NCBI RefSeq assembly: GCF_009914755.1
Contig: NC_060925.1
Strand: one strand, 5' to 3'
DNA length: 64,000 bases
Origin: the human T2T-CHM13v2.0 reference genome, Homo sapiens
Position numbers and translations under genes: made by a program. The notes beneath the pieces were generated by a model. It was not told the DNA's origin, did not search any database, and saw nothing but the letters and a program-made list of their open reading frames with translations. Shown here in pieces: positions 1 through 15,250 of this stretch (position 1 is the stretch's first letter; the number at the start of each line of letters is the position of its first letter).

Positions 1-150
1 CGTGGTAGTACGCACCTGTAGTACCAGCCATTCAGGAGGCTGAGGTAGGAAGATTGCTCGAGCCCAGGAGACTGAGGCTGTAATGAACCATGATTATGCC
101 ACTGAACTGAAGCTTAGGCAACAGGGTGAGACCCTGTCTCAAAGAAAAAA
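1..150 (+). mobile_element. Alu right arm (AluJ-like), cut by window edge
   Basis: Alu right-arm sequence ending GAGACCCTGTCTC + A-rich tail. Confidence 0.9.
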
Positions 151-1084
151 TCCTGAGCACAGAGAATGCCCAAATGTCATACATAATCAGCAAACACAAG
201 CTAATGTTATTATTATTAAATGTAAGGAAGGTATTTTAAGCCCCAGTTTACAGATGAAGAATCATATAACAAATAGCTATTTATTATATGATTGTGACTT
301 GTCCATTGACACAAATTTAAGACAGTCTAAACTCTGGCTCCAAAGGAAACTAGAATTTGTTAAGTATCTATAATATAACATGCATTGTATATTGTATATG
401 TATAGGCATTTTACATGTTTTTGGATAATGTCATCTTTGGCATCATTTAGGGTCTGGTAACATGGCACACAGAATATCCTAAATCATAATATTGCATGAA
501 TTTTATTATTCTTGTTTAGTGGAAAAAAATTGAGATCCACAGAAGCTAAGAGACTTGCCCACGTTCATACAATTAGCAAACAACAGGGCTGGGACTGGAA
601 CCTTGGACCATTGTGGTCACCTGTTTCTCGAGCAAGCCTCAGAGAAGTGAAGTGGCTTGTTAAGGTGTTGCCACAGCTTCTACTCTGCTATCCCACCTCT
701 CCAAACAGTCTTGTGGAATTTTCCAGGATTCTGGGGCTGGAAGCCACCTCTGTGGTCATTAGATGTTTGGCAAAGATGACCAGGACAGCAACATCCTGAC
801 TGTCAAAAGGTCACACTGAGTACCCAGAAGGCCAAGTAGGTGAAATGCAAGAATCCCAAGCTGGAGCTCAAAGTCTCTCTCTCTGCCTGTCTTCCCCCCA
901 CCCCGCCCCGCTTCCCTCCCTTCCCTTTCCTTCTTCCTTTAGCCCAACAGGAAGGAGTTGTTGCTGTTTGCTTCAGGAAGCAGCTCATACAAAGAGACAG
1001 TTCCACACCTTACCACGGCCCCTCCTTTCCCCTCCCTTCCACATAGTGAAAGTAGGAGGAATAATGATTAATCAGGACAGTACT

Positions 1085-1305
1085 TCCTGAGTGTTTATTA
1101 TTATGTGCTAAGGACTTTTCATAGGTTGCTCCCCAAGTGAATCTTCACAACAGCCTTTAAGGTTGGCAGCTACTGTTGTTCCTATTCTACAGAAGAGACT
1201 GAGGTTCAGAATGGATGAGTAGTTTACTTAAAGTCTTACAGAGAAGGGGAACTAAACTGGACTCCAGTCTGTCTGATTAAAGAGCCCTTGATCTTAATCA
1301 TTATC
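1085..1305 (-). mobile_element. MIR SINE
   Basis: Antisense MIR core (cacaacagcc...ctacagaagagactgaggttcagaatgg...cttaatcattat). Confidence 0.75.
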
Positions 1306-1766
1306 ACAGACTGCAAAGTAAATGTTAGTACCAGGGACACCGTGGGCAGAGGGACCTGGAATGATATGGCTTCAGGAGGAGTGTAGTTGGAGGGAAGAAA
1401 GAGTACGGAAGTCACATCTGAGATGTGGTTCTGGGTTGTGTCTTGTCCCTGGTTTCCTGTATGACTTTGGGCAGATTATTTCACCTCTCTGTGCCTTGAG
1501 AGACTTCGTTTGTGCAACAGGGATGAGGCTAAGAGGCCCCACAGCCAACTCTGGGCCATGCGAAGTGTGAGGATGGCAGCAGGAGGAAAATAGGCAGGAG
1601 GGTAGGGGCTCTGAGTACTGAGGGAGCTCTCAGGACCCACCTGGGCCCTGCTGCTAGTTCTATGGCCTTAACTCTCTGTTAAGAGCATTTATCTAAAGGG
1701 AAGGTCATCTCTACCAAAGTTGCAATAAAAACAACTCTGAGGGAAAAAAGTATATATGAAATATTT

Positions 1767-2067
1767 ATTTTTTCTTTTTCTTTTTCAGATGGGGTCTCAC
1801 TCTGTCACCTGGGCTGGAGGGCAGTGGTGCAGTCTTGGCTGACTGCAGCCTTGACCTCCTCAGCTCAAGCAATCCTCCCACCTCAACCTCCTGAGTAGCT
1901 GGGATTACAGGTGCACATCACCACGCCCAGCTATTTTTTGTATTTTTAGTAGAGACAGGGTTTCACCATGTTGGCCAGGCTGGTCTCAAACTCCCAACCT
2001 CAGGTGATCCACCCGCCTTGGCCTCTCAAAGTGCTGGGATTACAGGCAGGAGCCACTGCACCTGGCC
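1767..2067 (-). mobile_element. Alu, full length
   Basis: T-rich tail, both arms, TSD TGAAATATTT. Confidence 0.95.
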
Positions 2068-2479
2068 TTGAAATATTTCTTTAGGAAAGAAAAAGAGTAC
2101 TGAAATCCAGCTCAGAAGATCTGGGCCTTAGTCTGGACATAACGATTATGATTACCAAGGGTATAAGTCAAGGCTCAGCCTGACCCCAGCTTGAGTTGGG
2201 CTCTGGACCCAGTTCCATTTCTCCTCTGGCCTCAGTCCTGTAATCTGTAAGCTGAAGGTATTTTTTTACAGTCTTTCAACATACTTGCCCTGAACACCTC
2301 TGTGATCACTAAGCCCTGTCTCTACCTCAGTTCTTCTCCTCATGCCCCTCTGGGCCTGCCTGGTTCTCCAGGTTTCCAGGTCCAGGCCTCGGTGAGGACA
2401 CATGGATGGAGGCCCAGGTGGGCAGAGGACGGGAAAGGGGCACAATGCCACCGGACAGACTGCTCCCACCCTGGCCCCT

Positions 2480-2900
2480 AGGTCCCCCCGGCCCTACTCC
2501 AAGTGGCGTGGGGGCCTGGCCTGAGATCAGAGGTCCACCCGCGTCAGCCCGGCCCCTGCTCGCGTCAGGAGGCGCCTTCTCAGTGCAGAACAATGCCGGC
2601 TCTTTGAAGGGCTGGGCAGCAGGGGATGGGTGTTTCTCCAAACACAGGGCCTCCTTTGCAAAACAGGCTTTGATTCCCAGGCCCGGAGGCCCCAGGTGCC
2701 TGTTGGGCGGCAGGCGGAGGCTGGGGGCTTTGTTTGGCAGGAAGAGGGGCCTCGAAGACTCAGGAACAAAGCCTGGGACAGAGCTGGACAAGGCTACAGC
2801 CCAGCCTTGGGCAGGCGGGTCAGGGCTGAGATGCCAGTGGGGGCGCGGCTCCGCATGTATCAGCCCCCACCCCCTCCTCAGTCTGGCCCACTCAGGGTGG
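2480..2900. promoter_or_regulatory. Candidate GC-rich enhancer with clustered TCF/LEF and SOX motifs
   Basis: Non-repeat, CpG-retaining; AACAATG 2589, CTTTGAA 2602, CTTTGAT 2668, CTTTGTT 2728, AACAAAG 2765. Confidence 0.45.
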
Positions 2901-3329
2901 CCCTGGACTCCTCTCTCCGTGGATCCTGGCTCTCTCACTTATGCAGCAGGAACTGTTGGATTTCCAGGCTGTCATGATGGTCCACAGGCTCCACAAATCC
3001 CTGCTTGGGGATGAAGTGAATAAAACTGGAGTCCAGGACTTTGGATCCAGGCGGCAGGGAGGAAGGAGGCCTGAACGAGAATCCACCAGCCTGTGCTCTG
3101 GGCTTAGGTCACTAAGAGGAATGAAGGCTGCCACTTTCTGCCAAATACCATGCTCATTACTTTACACACACGTGTCTCTGATTTAATCCTCATTTTCCCA
3201 GGCAACAATGATCTGCAGGGCACCCTAGGTCCTTTCTGGACTCATCTCATATACTCTCCCCTTTACTCACTGCTGTCAGCCACCCCGGCCTCCTCACAGC
3301 AAAGACTCAAGTTTGCGGAAAGACTGAGG

Positions 3330-3497
3330 CAGCCTCAACACTGCAACATAGAAACTCTGCGTGAGTTGTGCACCTGCTGGCTTGCCCTGTCGCCTTCAGA
3401 CTCAAGGCTGCAACATTGAGTCTTACCTGAATTTCCAGCCTTCAGACCTACCCTACAGGCTTCAGACTTGCCAGCCCTGATGATCACATGAGCCAAC

Positions 3498-3536
<39 letters not shown>

Positions 3537-3750
3537 GCACAAACATACACACATACATGCACACAGACATACACACGCACGTACACATAAACACGCACAC
3601 ACACATGCGCACACACATGCACACACACATACAGACACACATGCACACACATACACATGCACACACACACATACATGCACACACGCACACACACATACAC
3701 ACACAGAGCTCCTGCTGATTTCATTTCTCTGGAAAACCTTGATGAATAAA
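3330..3750 (+). mobile_element. MLT2-family (ERV-L) LTR 3' part with embedded CA microsatellite
   Basis: cagactcaaggctgcaacat...cagacttgccagccc...catgagccaa and terminal tttctctggaaaaccttgatgaata resemble MLT2 U5. Confidence 0.8.
3500..3706. repeat. (CA)n followed by degenerate CA/CATG repeat
   Basis: Direct reading. Confidence 0.97.
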
Positions 3751-4384
3751 GTCCTCAAGAATACTAGAGTTGAGCTGCATGAAGTTGCTGTTTCTGTCAG
3801 TAAAAAGTGGTTGAATATTGGCAATTGCATGTGATCGAACCTAATATTTGCAGAATGAGTAAGTGAAGGAACTGCAAAGCAGTCATGAGGTAGGTGTTAT
3901 CTTACCAATTAGGAAACCAAGACTCAGAGAGGGGAAGCCACTTGCCGAAAAAGGTGCAGCGAATGCATGGTAGAGCTGAGATTCAAACTTCAGACTGACT
4001 TCAAACAAATATAGCAGTGTCTGCCTTTTTACATTAACCAACCATGGGAGTCCCCAAGCAGAGTATATCACATTTGTGGGCCTCAGTTTGAGAACTCAAT
4101 GAAATAGTAGTCCCAAATCTGACACGTCTAAATGCTTTCCAACTGCAAGCTCTGAGCTGCCAGGAATATGGCTGTGCCAGCCTCAACTCCTTCTTCTAAG
4201 GCACATCTTAGAGCTGCTGGTGACTTTCTTGGACCCAGGGTTTCTGCACAGCTAGCTGGTGACACGCCTGGCCTCCATCTCTCAGGGGGTCCTGAAGGGA
4301 GGATGACAGTCTGACAGAAGGGCATTGCCGCGCATCTCACCAGAGACTGGAGGCACGTGGGAGGAAGGTGTGAGCCGCACTAGA

Positions 4385-4905
<521 letters not shown>

Positions 4906-6467
4906 GATAGTATGATTACTTTTAGCAAATAGTAACACCACAAAGTTTTTGGTTATTACAGGCGGCAAAGAAAAGAAGGCAACACTGTTTATCTTGGGGC
5001 CCTGATTACATCTCTTGGTCCTGTCCAGGATTCTCTCACCCTTAACACAAACCCTTAGAAGAGGATCTGACTGTAGTCGTAGACAGGCTTTACTGCAGTG
5101 AGTTTATAGCATTCTGGGGGATGTTCCTTTGTTTAGATCTGAGCTTTCATTCTGGCCCTAAAGGCTTTGGCTGCTGTTAAAAAAAAATGCCACTATTTCA
5201 GTCTGTTGGAAATGACACACCCACAGCCCATAATTATAATACTTTGCATTTTTTATGTAGAGTGGTGTTTATGCTAAAACCATATGGGAGGTTTGCTAGT
5301 GACAGGTGCTCTCATTCCAATTTTAAATGGATGGAGATCCAGCCCTAGAGGGGAGACACAGTTTGTCAAAGTTGCGGGTGGCAAATCCAGGCTACACGCT
5401 CCCTGCATGCTCCACTCTCCCCCTGTCCTGTGAAAACAGTCTCTCTCTGGACTGTATGATTTCCAAAGTGGGGACGCAAGACAGTCCTCTGCTCTTTAGG
5501 AAAAACCCCTCTTTGTTTGTTTGTTTGTTTGTTTGTTTTTAAATAACAAAAGTAATTACATCTTATTACTGTTTAATATGGAGATAAACAAACCTAAAAT
5601 TTAAAAAGAAAATGTACCTATATAGAAGCTGCATAACTCTGATTATTTTTAACCAGTAATGGTATGAGATCAAAGAGGTTTGGAGACCCAGCTCTGGGGG
5701 ACCATCCTGAACTTCGGCTTTCAGGATGATTTCCTTCCTGCTCTGGGGCTCAGCTCGGGCCGGTCCCTGCGGGGGGCCAATGGGACCAACAGCCTCGTCT
5801 TTCAGACGTTGGTGGATCCTCAGCCTCATCAGAATTGTCCACTCTGCCCGGCTCCCAGATTGTCCGGCTCACACTGGCCTAGGAGGTTATCAGTACTGGA
5901 GCCTCCAACAGCCTTTCCTGTTACCAAAGTCCAAGTGTCCAAGAAGGCTCCCAAACCTCCTGCCCCTTCCCATCCTGCTGGGTTACAGTCTGTCCTTGGA
6001 GAGAGAGTAAACAGAGGAGGTGACAGAGTCAATAAATGTCTCCCGTGTGGCCTTGGCTAGCACATATGCCTTCCTACCAAGAGACACAGGTACATTTGTG
6101 CTCGTGGCCCTTCCTATGACACACACGAGAATAAATATTAATAAGACAGGAAATAGTAATAAAAATAAAGAAAAGAACAAAAAGGAAAAGAATGTTTATG
6201 GACTCTGAAAGAGGTCTTAAAAAGCTAGTTCTGGGTAATCCAAAGCCCTGCCTCTCAAACCTTGTCATGAGTAGGGGATTTGGGTCAGAGCCAAAGTCAT
6301 CCAAGAATATGAATTTCTCAGTCACGTACAAATATTTAATGAACATGTGTCATTTAACCCATTAATTAATGAGGGAACTGGTAAGATGTTACAACTGGTT
6401 CAAAGGAGAACTTAAAGAAGCACATGTATATAGGCTATAAGAATGCTGATGAATTTAGAAATGTTTA

Positions 6468-7108
<641 letters not shown>

Positions 7109-7937
7109 AGAGTGATACCCAGTTGCATTCCCCTGGACACAATTTCCTTGCATTTCTATAGAAAAGAATAATTTGCATTATCAATTTTCCACAACCTAGA
7201 GAGTTGCAAAATGTCTCAAGGTTAATAAAATGTGACGATAACCTGGACGAGAACTCCCGACAGGATACCCAGTAATCTTTTACGCCCTCACAAAGTCTTT
7301 CTCACAATTTTTCCTGAGACCAGAAATGAGGGTTTGGCCAATACACCCAAAGGTCTTCATGTAAAACTTGACTCTACTTGAATCCAAATGGGAGATGAAT
7401 CATTGCAGATTTCCATCTTTTTCTCCATGTGAGGATTCAAGAGAGGGCAGCGTGCTCTTGAGCTAGGAGACCAGGTTCAGGTTCCATCTCCCCACTCTGT
7501 AGTTGGGGATCCAGGGCCTTACACTTCTCTTTGAGCCCATGACCTCTACCTTATAAAGTGGCACCAATAACAATGAGGCTATGGGGGAAATGCTTCACAC
7601 CAGGCCCGGCACAGAGTGTGAACTCAGGATACAGGGGTTTTCTTCCCCTTTTCTCGAAACGACCCTCAGGGCTCCCTAATGCTTCTCATCTTTTTTCATA
7701 GCAAAGGCTGCCTACTTCAGCTCTCTGCCACTTCCATGCCACTGAGACCTCAGGTGGATGAAGTTTTGTCTATGTAGAGCTCCAAAGACACAGAGCAGGC
7801 CTTGTGGGAAAGGTGGCCAAAGTCTTCTTTGGAGAAAAATGGAACCTGGCCCCACAGTGTCACCAAGGAGCAGGTCTCTGGGGCTGTAGGGAGGGGAGGA
7901 AATCGTGAACCCAGTGCAGAGCTAAGAAGAGATTTGG

Positions 7938-8110
7938 AATTAGCCGGGCATGGTGGTGCACACATGTAGTCCTAGCTATTTGGAAGGCTGAGGTGGGAAG
8001 ATTGTTTGAGCCCAGGAGATCGAGGCTGCAGTGAGTGAGCTATGATAGTGCCACTGCACTCCTGCCTAGGTGACAGAGCAAGGCCCTCTCTCTTAAAATT
8101 TGGAAAAAAA
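7938..8110 (+). mobile_element. Alu right monomer (FRAM or 5'-truncated AluJ)
   Basis: Right arm only; TSD aagaaga(g/a)atttgg. Confidence 0.88.
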
Positions 8111-8763
8111 GAGAGAAGAAGAAATTTGGTTGAGAGGAAGACTTGGAATAAATCAGGGGTTCGTACCTTTGGAGGAATGGTAAGAGATGTCTGAAAATCT
8201 GATAGAAACCCACACCCTCTCCCTGGAAATATGTATGTATATAGGCTGGCAGAGGCTGCCCTTGGGCCTCCCCTAGTGGTGCTGGGCTTGGTATGGGGCA
8301 CCCTCTTTAGCCCCCTCCTTTCAGTGAGTGTCTCCAGTTTCACAGGAACTGGGGGCCAGCTTTGTAGGAGAAATGACGGGTGGCAGATGAAGTGCCTTCT
8401 TAGTTCCTTCCCTGTCACCTAAGCGATGGGGCCAGGTGGACTGCTGTGGCTTAGATGGGATTTAGGCCCCTAGAGCCTTGCCTTTCTTATCAGGGTGTGT
8501 GTGTACGTAGGGGGCCTGCCCTAAGTCTCCATCACCCCAGTCTCCGATGAGTCCACACATCAGAGGCCAGTATGGGGCAAGGTGGTGGTGGTATAGGACA
8601 TCCAAAGGAAAGACATCAAGCCTTGACCTTCTCTTTCTCCCCGGCTCATGGGGACCCTAGGGGAAGGTAAAAAATGTGAGCTTTGGAGCCAGTGTGGGAT
8701 TTGTATTAGCCACGGAACTGGGTCTCTCAGCTCTCCCTTCGAAAAAGAACTTACTGTTCAGCT

Positions 8764-9212
8764 GTGTATTCATTTGCTAGGGCTGCCATAACAAAGGAAC
8801 ACAAACTGGGTGGCTTAAAATAACAGAAATGTATTGTCTCATAGTTCTGGAGGCCAGGAGTCTGAAATCAAGCTGTCAGCAGGGCCATGCTCCCTCTAAG
8901 GTGCTAGGAAGGGTCTGTTCCATGCCTCTCTTAGCTTCTGGTAGCTTCAGGGGAGCCTTGGCTTGTAGATGCCTTGCTCCAATCCTCTGTCTTCGCCTGG
9001 TGTTCTTCCTGTGTCTCTGTCTTCACGTGGCCATCTTCTTATAAGGATACCAGTCATATTGGATTAGGGGCCTACCATATTCCATTATAACCTCATTTCA
9101 ACTAGTTACATCTGTGATGACACTATCTCCAAATAAAGTCACATTCAAGAGGTAATGGGGGTTAGAACTTCAACATATCTTTTTGGAGGAGACAAAAATT
9201 TGACCCATAGCA
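8764..9212 (-). mobile_element. MLT1 (MaLR) solo LTR inserted in the 5' LTR16
   Basis: tgtattcatttgctagggctgccataacaaa...aaataaagtcacattc...gacccatagca; near-TSD agctg/agcta. Confidence 0.9.
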
Positions 9213-10182
9213 AGCTACAAGGAGTGCAGGTAGCAAACCCTCTCCAGACGCAGCACCCTCAGGTGGCTACACTCTCCCCAGGAAGCTCTCAATCAGTGGC
9301 TGAGCACAACAGGGGGATCAGAGTCTAGTCATTTCTGCCCAATGGGGACTCCTCCACCAGGCAGTCTTGGTTCTAGAGCACCCCACTGAGCCTATGGAGG
9401 CTTTCTCAGATCTGCATCATGGTCTGAAGGCTTGCCCTCCTCTTCCTCTTCCTGTTCCTCCCCCTTCCTCTTTCACAGGCATCTCCCAATAAATATTTTG
9501 CACTCCTAACTCCAGACTGTGTCTCCTTTCTAAAGGATCAAAACTGACACAGGAGGCCAGATGGGCTCATTTACTGGATCACCTGCTGTCCAGCTGTCAG
9601 TGAAGACTCCATCCCCAAGGCATGTAGGGTAGGGGTAGTCCCTGGCATAAGGTGGTGGCTCAATTGCTAAAACTTTCATTGGTAATGACTTGGAGAAGGC
9701 TTCAACAGAGGGAACAGCCTGGCCACACACTGAGTCAAATGTTTGAAAAGAACGGGGATGGTGTACAGGAAGACAATGACGTTAGCTGGTGTTAAGTTGC
9801 ATCGATTCTACAGAGAGATAATGAAAAGCTGAATGCATTTAAAAAAACAAAAACTAAGTGTGAAGGTATTAATAATTGGAGTCCTGTCCAGAGTCCAGCT
9901 CACAGTGGACCCACTGGGCACATGAGACAACTCAGTAGTCATTTTTTCAGTCTCTGAATGAATAGTTGGGTTGACATAGTTGGCAGATGGAATAATCCCC
10001 ACATTGGGCCTTTGCCCTGTGGGGCAAGAGCTATCACAGTGGGGAAGGGCAAGTGGAACCCTCTGAAACTGCACCTCTACCACGCCTTCCCCCCCACCAT
10101 CTATTTTTCACCTGCCCCACTCCCCACCAAGATATTAAATCAAAAACAATATTGCAACCTGGTGTGGGGGAGATAGATAATA

Positions 10183-10852
<670 letters not shown>

Positions 10853-10940
10853 TAACACTACCCTTAAGGATCTCAAGATGCAGGAGCGAGGGTCCGTCTA
10901 GTTTCTGCAGGGGCCACACTGAAAAATTAAGCCCAGATGA

Positions 10941-11100
10941 GGCTGGGCACTGTGGCTCATCTGTAATCCTAGAACTTTGAGAGGTCTAGATGGGGGAATC
11001 ACTTGAGGCCAGGAGTTTGAGACCAGCCGGGGCAACAAAGCGAGGCCCTGTCTCTGCAGAAAATAAAACAAAAAAAAAGTTTTTAAAGATTAAAAAAATA
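10941..11100 (+). mobile_element. Alu left monomer (FLAM-like)
   Basis: Left arm followed by A-rich tail. Confidence 0.85.
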
Positions 11101-13414
11101 AACCAGGTGTATCCTACAGTGTGACTATAGACACTCAAAAGCTTTACCTAATAGTAGCCCCAAATACAGCTGCTGTGCTGGTCTGCTGTCTTTGCTGGAA
11201 CAGATTAATATTGTTTCAGGTTCATAGTATGCAGCTATTGATTTGGCAAATGTGTTCTTTTCTATCATAACCAGGAAAGAAGATAAAGCAGTTCACATGC
11301 ACACAGAATGAACAATAATCTACTTTATAGTTTTATCCCAGGGCTGTGTTAATTCTCTTGCTCCTTTTCACAATATAGTCCAAGGAGAATCGTCCTGCAG
11401 AACACCTGGCCATCCTGCAGAACATCACACTGCTCCATGACACCCATGACGTCATGCTGACCAGGAGGATAAGCCGAGGTGGACAGCACACTGGAGGCCT
11501 TGATAAGACAAGTGCTCCAGGGGGTGGGAGGTAAACCTTGCAAACATTCAAAGCCTGTCATATCTGCAAAGATATGAGGGATCTAGGAGTCAGGGTCATG
11601 CTGGCATATCCGACCAAAAGCAAAAGACAAACAGCTGCTGTTTGCTTCTGCCACCATAAAGAAGGAAGCCCAATGCCACTTAGGCCTCTTTGGGTTCTGG
11701 AGGCACACATTCCACACCTAGAGACACCACTGCAGTCCTTCCATTGGGTGACATGCAAAGCTCCCAGCTCTGAGTGGGACCTGGAGCAGGAAAGGGCTCT
11801 GCAGCAGATCCGGACTGCACGGCAAACAGCCCTGACACTTGGGCCATACACTCCGGCAGAACTTGGTGTTGGAAATGTCAGTGTGGAAACAGATGGGGTA
11901 TGGAGTTTTGGGCAAGCCCCACATGGAAAATTAAAAGGTAGACCCTGGGGTTTTGGGCTAAGGCCGTGCCACTCACAGGAAAGAATTGTACACCTTTTGA
12001 AAAACAGCTCCTGTATGCTACTGAGACATGCTAGAGACAGAATTGCTGACCAGATGTCTGGCTGGAATTGCCCATATATGCTAGGTCCTATTGAACCCAC
12101 CAAGTCTTAAAGCCTAGCAAGTCCAGCTGCAATTCACCATATGATAGAAACAGTATATCTGGGATCAATCCTTGGTGGGACTTCATGAGCAAGCAGCCCA
12201 GACCCCCATGCCACCCATCATGGTTGCATCTGTGCCCCTCTCTCAACTCATACCTATGACTCTATGGGGGATCATGTACTACTACTTGAAAGGGAAGGAA
12301 AAAACTTGAGCTTGGTTTGTGGCAAGACGGGGACCATCCTCCAGATGCACTACACACACTGAATCAGAAATCTCATCATGGTTTCATGGAATCAGAAAAA
12401 TACATGGGTCTGAGAACCAAAGGATGGAAGTAGGCATGATCCCATTTACTCTCATTTCCAGTGACCCATTAGGGACCTTGTACTCTCCATTCCTGCAGCT
12501 CTGGGCTCTGCAAAGGTAGAGGTCCTGGTCCCAGAAATGGTGAATTCTTGCTAGAGAACACAGCAAGGCCTCTTTGAACTACAAGTTATGGCTACTGCCA
12601 AAGCACTTTAGACTCCTTGTGTCCAGAAATTATAAGGTGAAAAGCGGGTCACCATCTTGGCTGGAGTAATTGGCCCTGAGCTTCAGAAGGAGGCAGCTGC
12701 TTTTGCAGAATGGGTGGATACACAATAAAAATCCAAAAAATAAAATGGGAGGACTATGTGTGGAACCAAGATGATCCACTTGGGATCTCTTTGTCCTCCC
12801 CTGTCCCACTGTGACTGTGAATGGACAAGTACAGCAACCCCAAGGACGCGATTGCCAGGAATGAGGGTTTGGGTTACATCGTTCGACCTGCCAAGGTGGG
12901 GATGAGCACTAGGTGAAGCCCCGAGATGGACTGCAGTGGTGGGGGCTGGGGTTTATCCCACTGACCTCCCTCTTCTAAGTCTCTTCCCCTTGGGAAGAGA
13001 GGTCCACTGGGAGCCCGAGGAGTACATGCTGTGGTGCCAGTGGACTGCGGGAGCCACGAGATACACTACTCGGACCTCCCTTCAGTGAAGAACTTGCCAC
13101 TCAGCTGTGAGTGACCCAGGAAGGTGACAGCCTCCAGCTGCAGTGGCTGCAGGCTGAGGTCATCTCTCTGGGATTCTCCTGGCCACCGAGAAGGACCCGG
13201 GTACTCTGAAGACCTGGCCATTTCTGCTGAGTGTGGAACTCTTCTAGTGGGCAGTACTTGCTGGGGAGTTCCCCACTGATTTGGTAGGACCTTGTCAGTT
13301 TCGCATCATGGTCTGAAGGCTTCTCTTCCCATCTCCTCCCCTTTGTCTTTCACGAGTCACTGCAATCAACCTTTCATACTCCCAGCTCTTGCTTCCCAGA
13401 AGACTCATAGACAA

Positions 13415-13580
13415 AGAGTTTAAATTCTAGCTCTGCTATTTCCCAGTTATGTGAACCTGAGCGAAGGTCTTCAGCTCTCTGAGTCTCTCTTTCCTCACTG
13501 GAAACTGGAAAGGATAATGCCTCCCCACAGTTATTGAGAGGGTTAAATGAGATGCTGCCTGCAAAATGGCTGGCACTTGA
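13415..13580 (+). mobile_element. MIR 3' part (5' part at ~8675-8700, split by the ERV-L)
   Basis: gagtttaaattctagctctgc...ttaaatgagatg continues gagctttggagccag. Confidence 0.6.
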
Positions 13581-13719
13581 GGCCACTCCATGGTAGTCTT
13601 GAGCAGGATAGCCAGCTCTGCCAGGCCACTGATTGGACTCCCATACCCATTGGGGCTCCCTTTGCCCAGGTGGAGGTCCCTGGAGAAAGATGGAGCTTCT
13701 TGTTCTGTGAGTTTCACTC

Positions 13720-13951
13720 ATAGCTCCAGCTCTGGAGTTACAGGGACTTGGGTTTGAATCCTCATTCTGTTACTTTCTGTCTGTAGTGGTTTTGAGTAAG
13801 TGACTTCACGTCCTGTGACTCAGTTTCTTTATCTGTAAAATGAGATGGTCTGAAACTGCTAAGGGTTACTGTGATAATTCAATGAAATAATACATGCAAA
13901 GTGCTTACTACAGTGCCTGGCACCTAGGAAGCACTCAATAAATGGTAGCTA
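13720..13951 (+). mobile_element. MIR, near full length
   Basis: ctcagtttctttatctgtaaaatg core; cagtgcctggcacctaggaagcactcaataaatg end. Confidence 0.88.
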
Positions 13952-14517
13952 GAGTTATTCACTTGTTCACTCAATACATTTCCTAAGCAGCTGCTCTGTA
14001 TCTGGTTCTCTGCTGTGAACATAAGTCACAAAAAGAAAAACAAAGCTCATTCATCATGCTGGGAAGGAGACATAGTGATCTACACTTCACTGAGGAAAAA
14101 CCAGAGGCTCAGAGAGGTGAAGTGATTTGCCCAAGACCACAGAGCAATTCCCAAGTGGTGGAGCCGGGACTTGAACCCAGATCCAATTGCCTCTAATACC
14201 TTGACCTGCACCAAGGCAGCTGTTTGGAATCATCAGCCCTCAGCAAGTGGTAGGGGAGGATTTGGGGATTCCTAAAACCTTGCTTCTCAGGGGCTTCCTG
14301 TTTTCCCATGACATGGACAAACAAAACAGACGACCAGCGGACATCCTGACTGCAACATGACCACCTTTGGGAGTCTGGGGTCACACTAAGTAACCCTGGG
14401 CTTTCAGTGTCCTGTTTGATGGATCTGGGAAGTGAGAGGGTCATTCACCAGCCCCTTTGGAAGGCCACTTCTTACCACTGGACACCCCTGGAAGTTGAAA
14501 TGACACAGGCTTTAGGG

Positions 14518-14731
14518 CAAACTTTTCTGTGGCCCGTGGGCAGCATGCAGCCCAGGATGGCTTTGAATGTGGCCCAACACAAATTCATAAACTTTCTGAA
14601 AACATAAGATTTTTTTGTGATTTTTTTTTTTGTTAGCTCATCAGCTATTGTTAGTGTATTTTATGTGTGGCCCAAGACAATTCTTCTTCTTCCAATGTGG
14701 CCCAGGGAAGCCAAAACATTGAATACCTCTG
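14518..14731 (-). mobile_element. MER30 hAT-Charlie MITE
   Basis: Consensus match (gctcatcagctattgttagtg...ggcccagggaagccaaaa); perfect 8-bp TSD CTTTAGGG. Confidence 0.92.
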
Positions 14732-15054
14732 CTTTAGGGTCAGACACATCTGGGTTCAAATCTCAGCTTCTTTACTGATTGGTCATGGAACTTCAGTCTC
14801 TGCACTTCCTGAAGCGGCCTCATCTTTATCATCTCTCTGATTCCTGTCTCTTTCTCTTCCTCTTCCCATCCGTACCACATGCCCAGCCAGAATGTTGCAG
14901 GGGCAGATTCTCAGCCAGGAACTGCCAATGAGCTATTAAGGAAAAGTCTCCATTTCCAAGACCACTCACCATCCTCCTGGCCTCTCATTCCCTCTCCAGG
15001 ATATCTGTCTCCTTTTATTCAGGCATTTGGGCACCCGAGTTGAAATTGAACAAA

Positions 15055-15250
15055 CTTTCTTGAGTTCCCTACTTTGTACCAGCTCCTCAGCTAGGTACTT
15101 TCCCATAATAACCTCTATGATAACCCAGTGAGGGAGGCCTTATTATTATGCCCATTTGATAGATGAGCAAACTGAGGCTCAGCAGAAGTCAGAAAGTGGA
15201 GCTGGGATTGGTCCCTAACCCATGGCCCTTCAAGCCAAGTGCTCTGCCTC
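15055..15250 (-). mobile_element. MIR
   Basis: cccatttgatagatgagcaaactgaggctcag core. Confidence 0.75.

Noticed and set aside
2327-3014. Overlapping ~200-aa ORFs on both strands
   Set aside because: GC-rich, stop-poor DNA; Pro/Gly/Arg-rich with no recognisable domain; better explained as regulatory sequence
3335-3830. Cys/Val- and His/Thr-repeat ORFs
   Set aside because: Translation of the CA microsatellite
11538-12110. 190-aa ORF
   Set aside because: Decayed ERV-L pol, partly out of frame, flanked by stops and frameshifts; no sign of domestication
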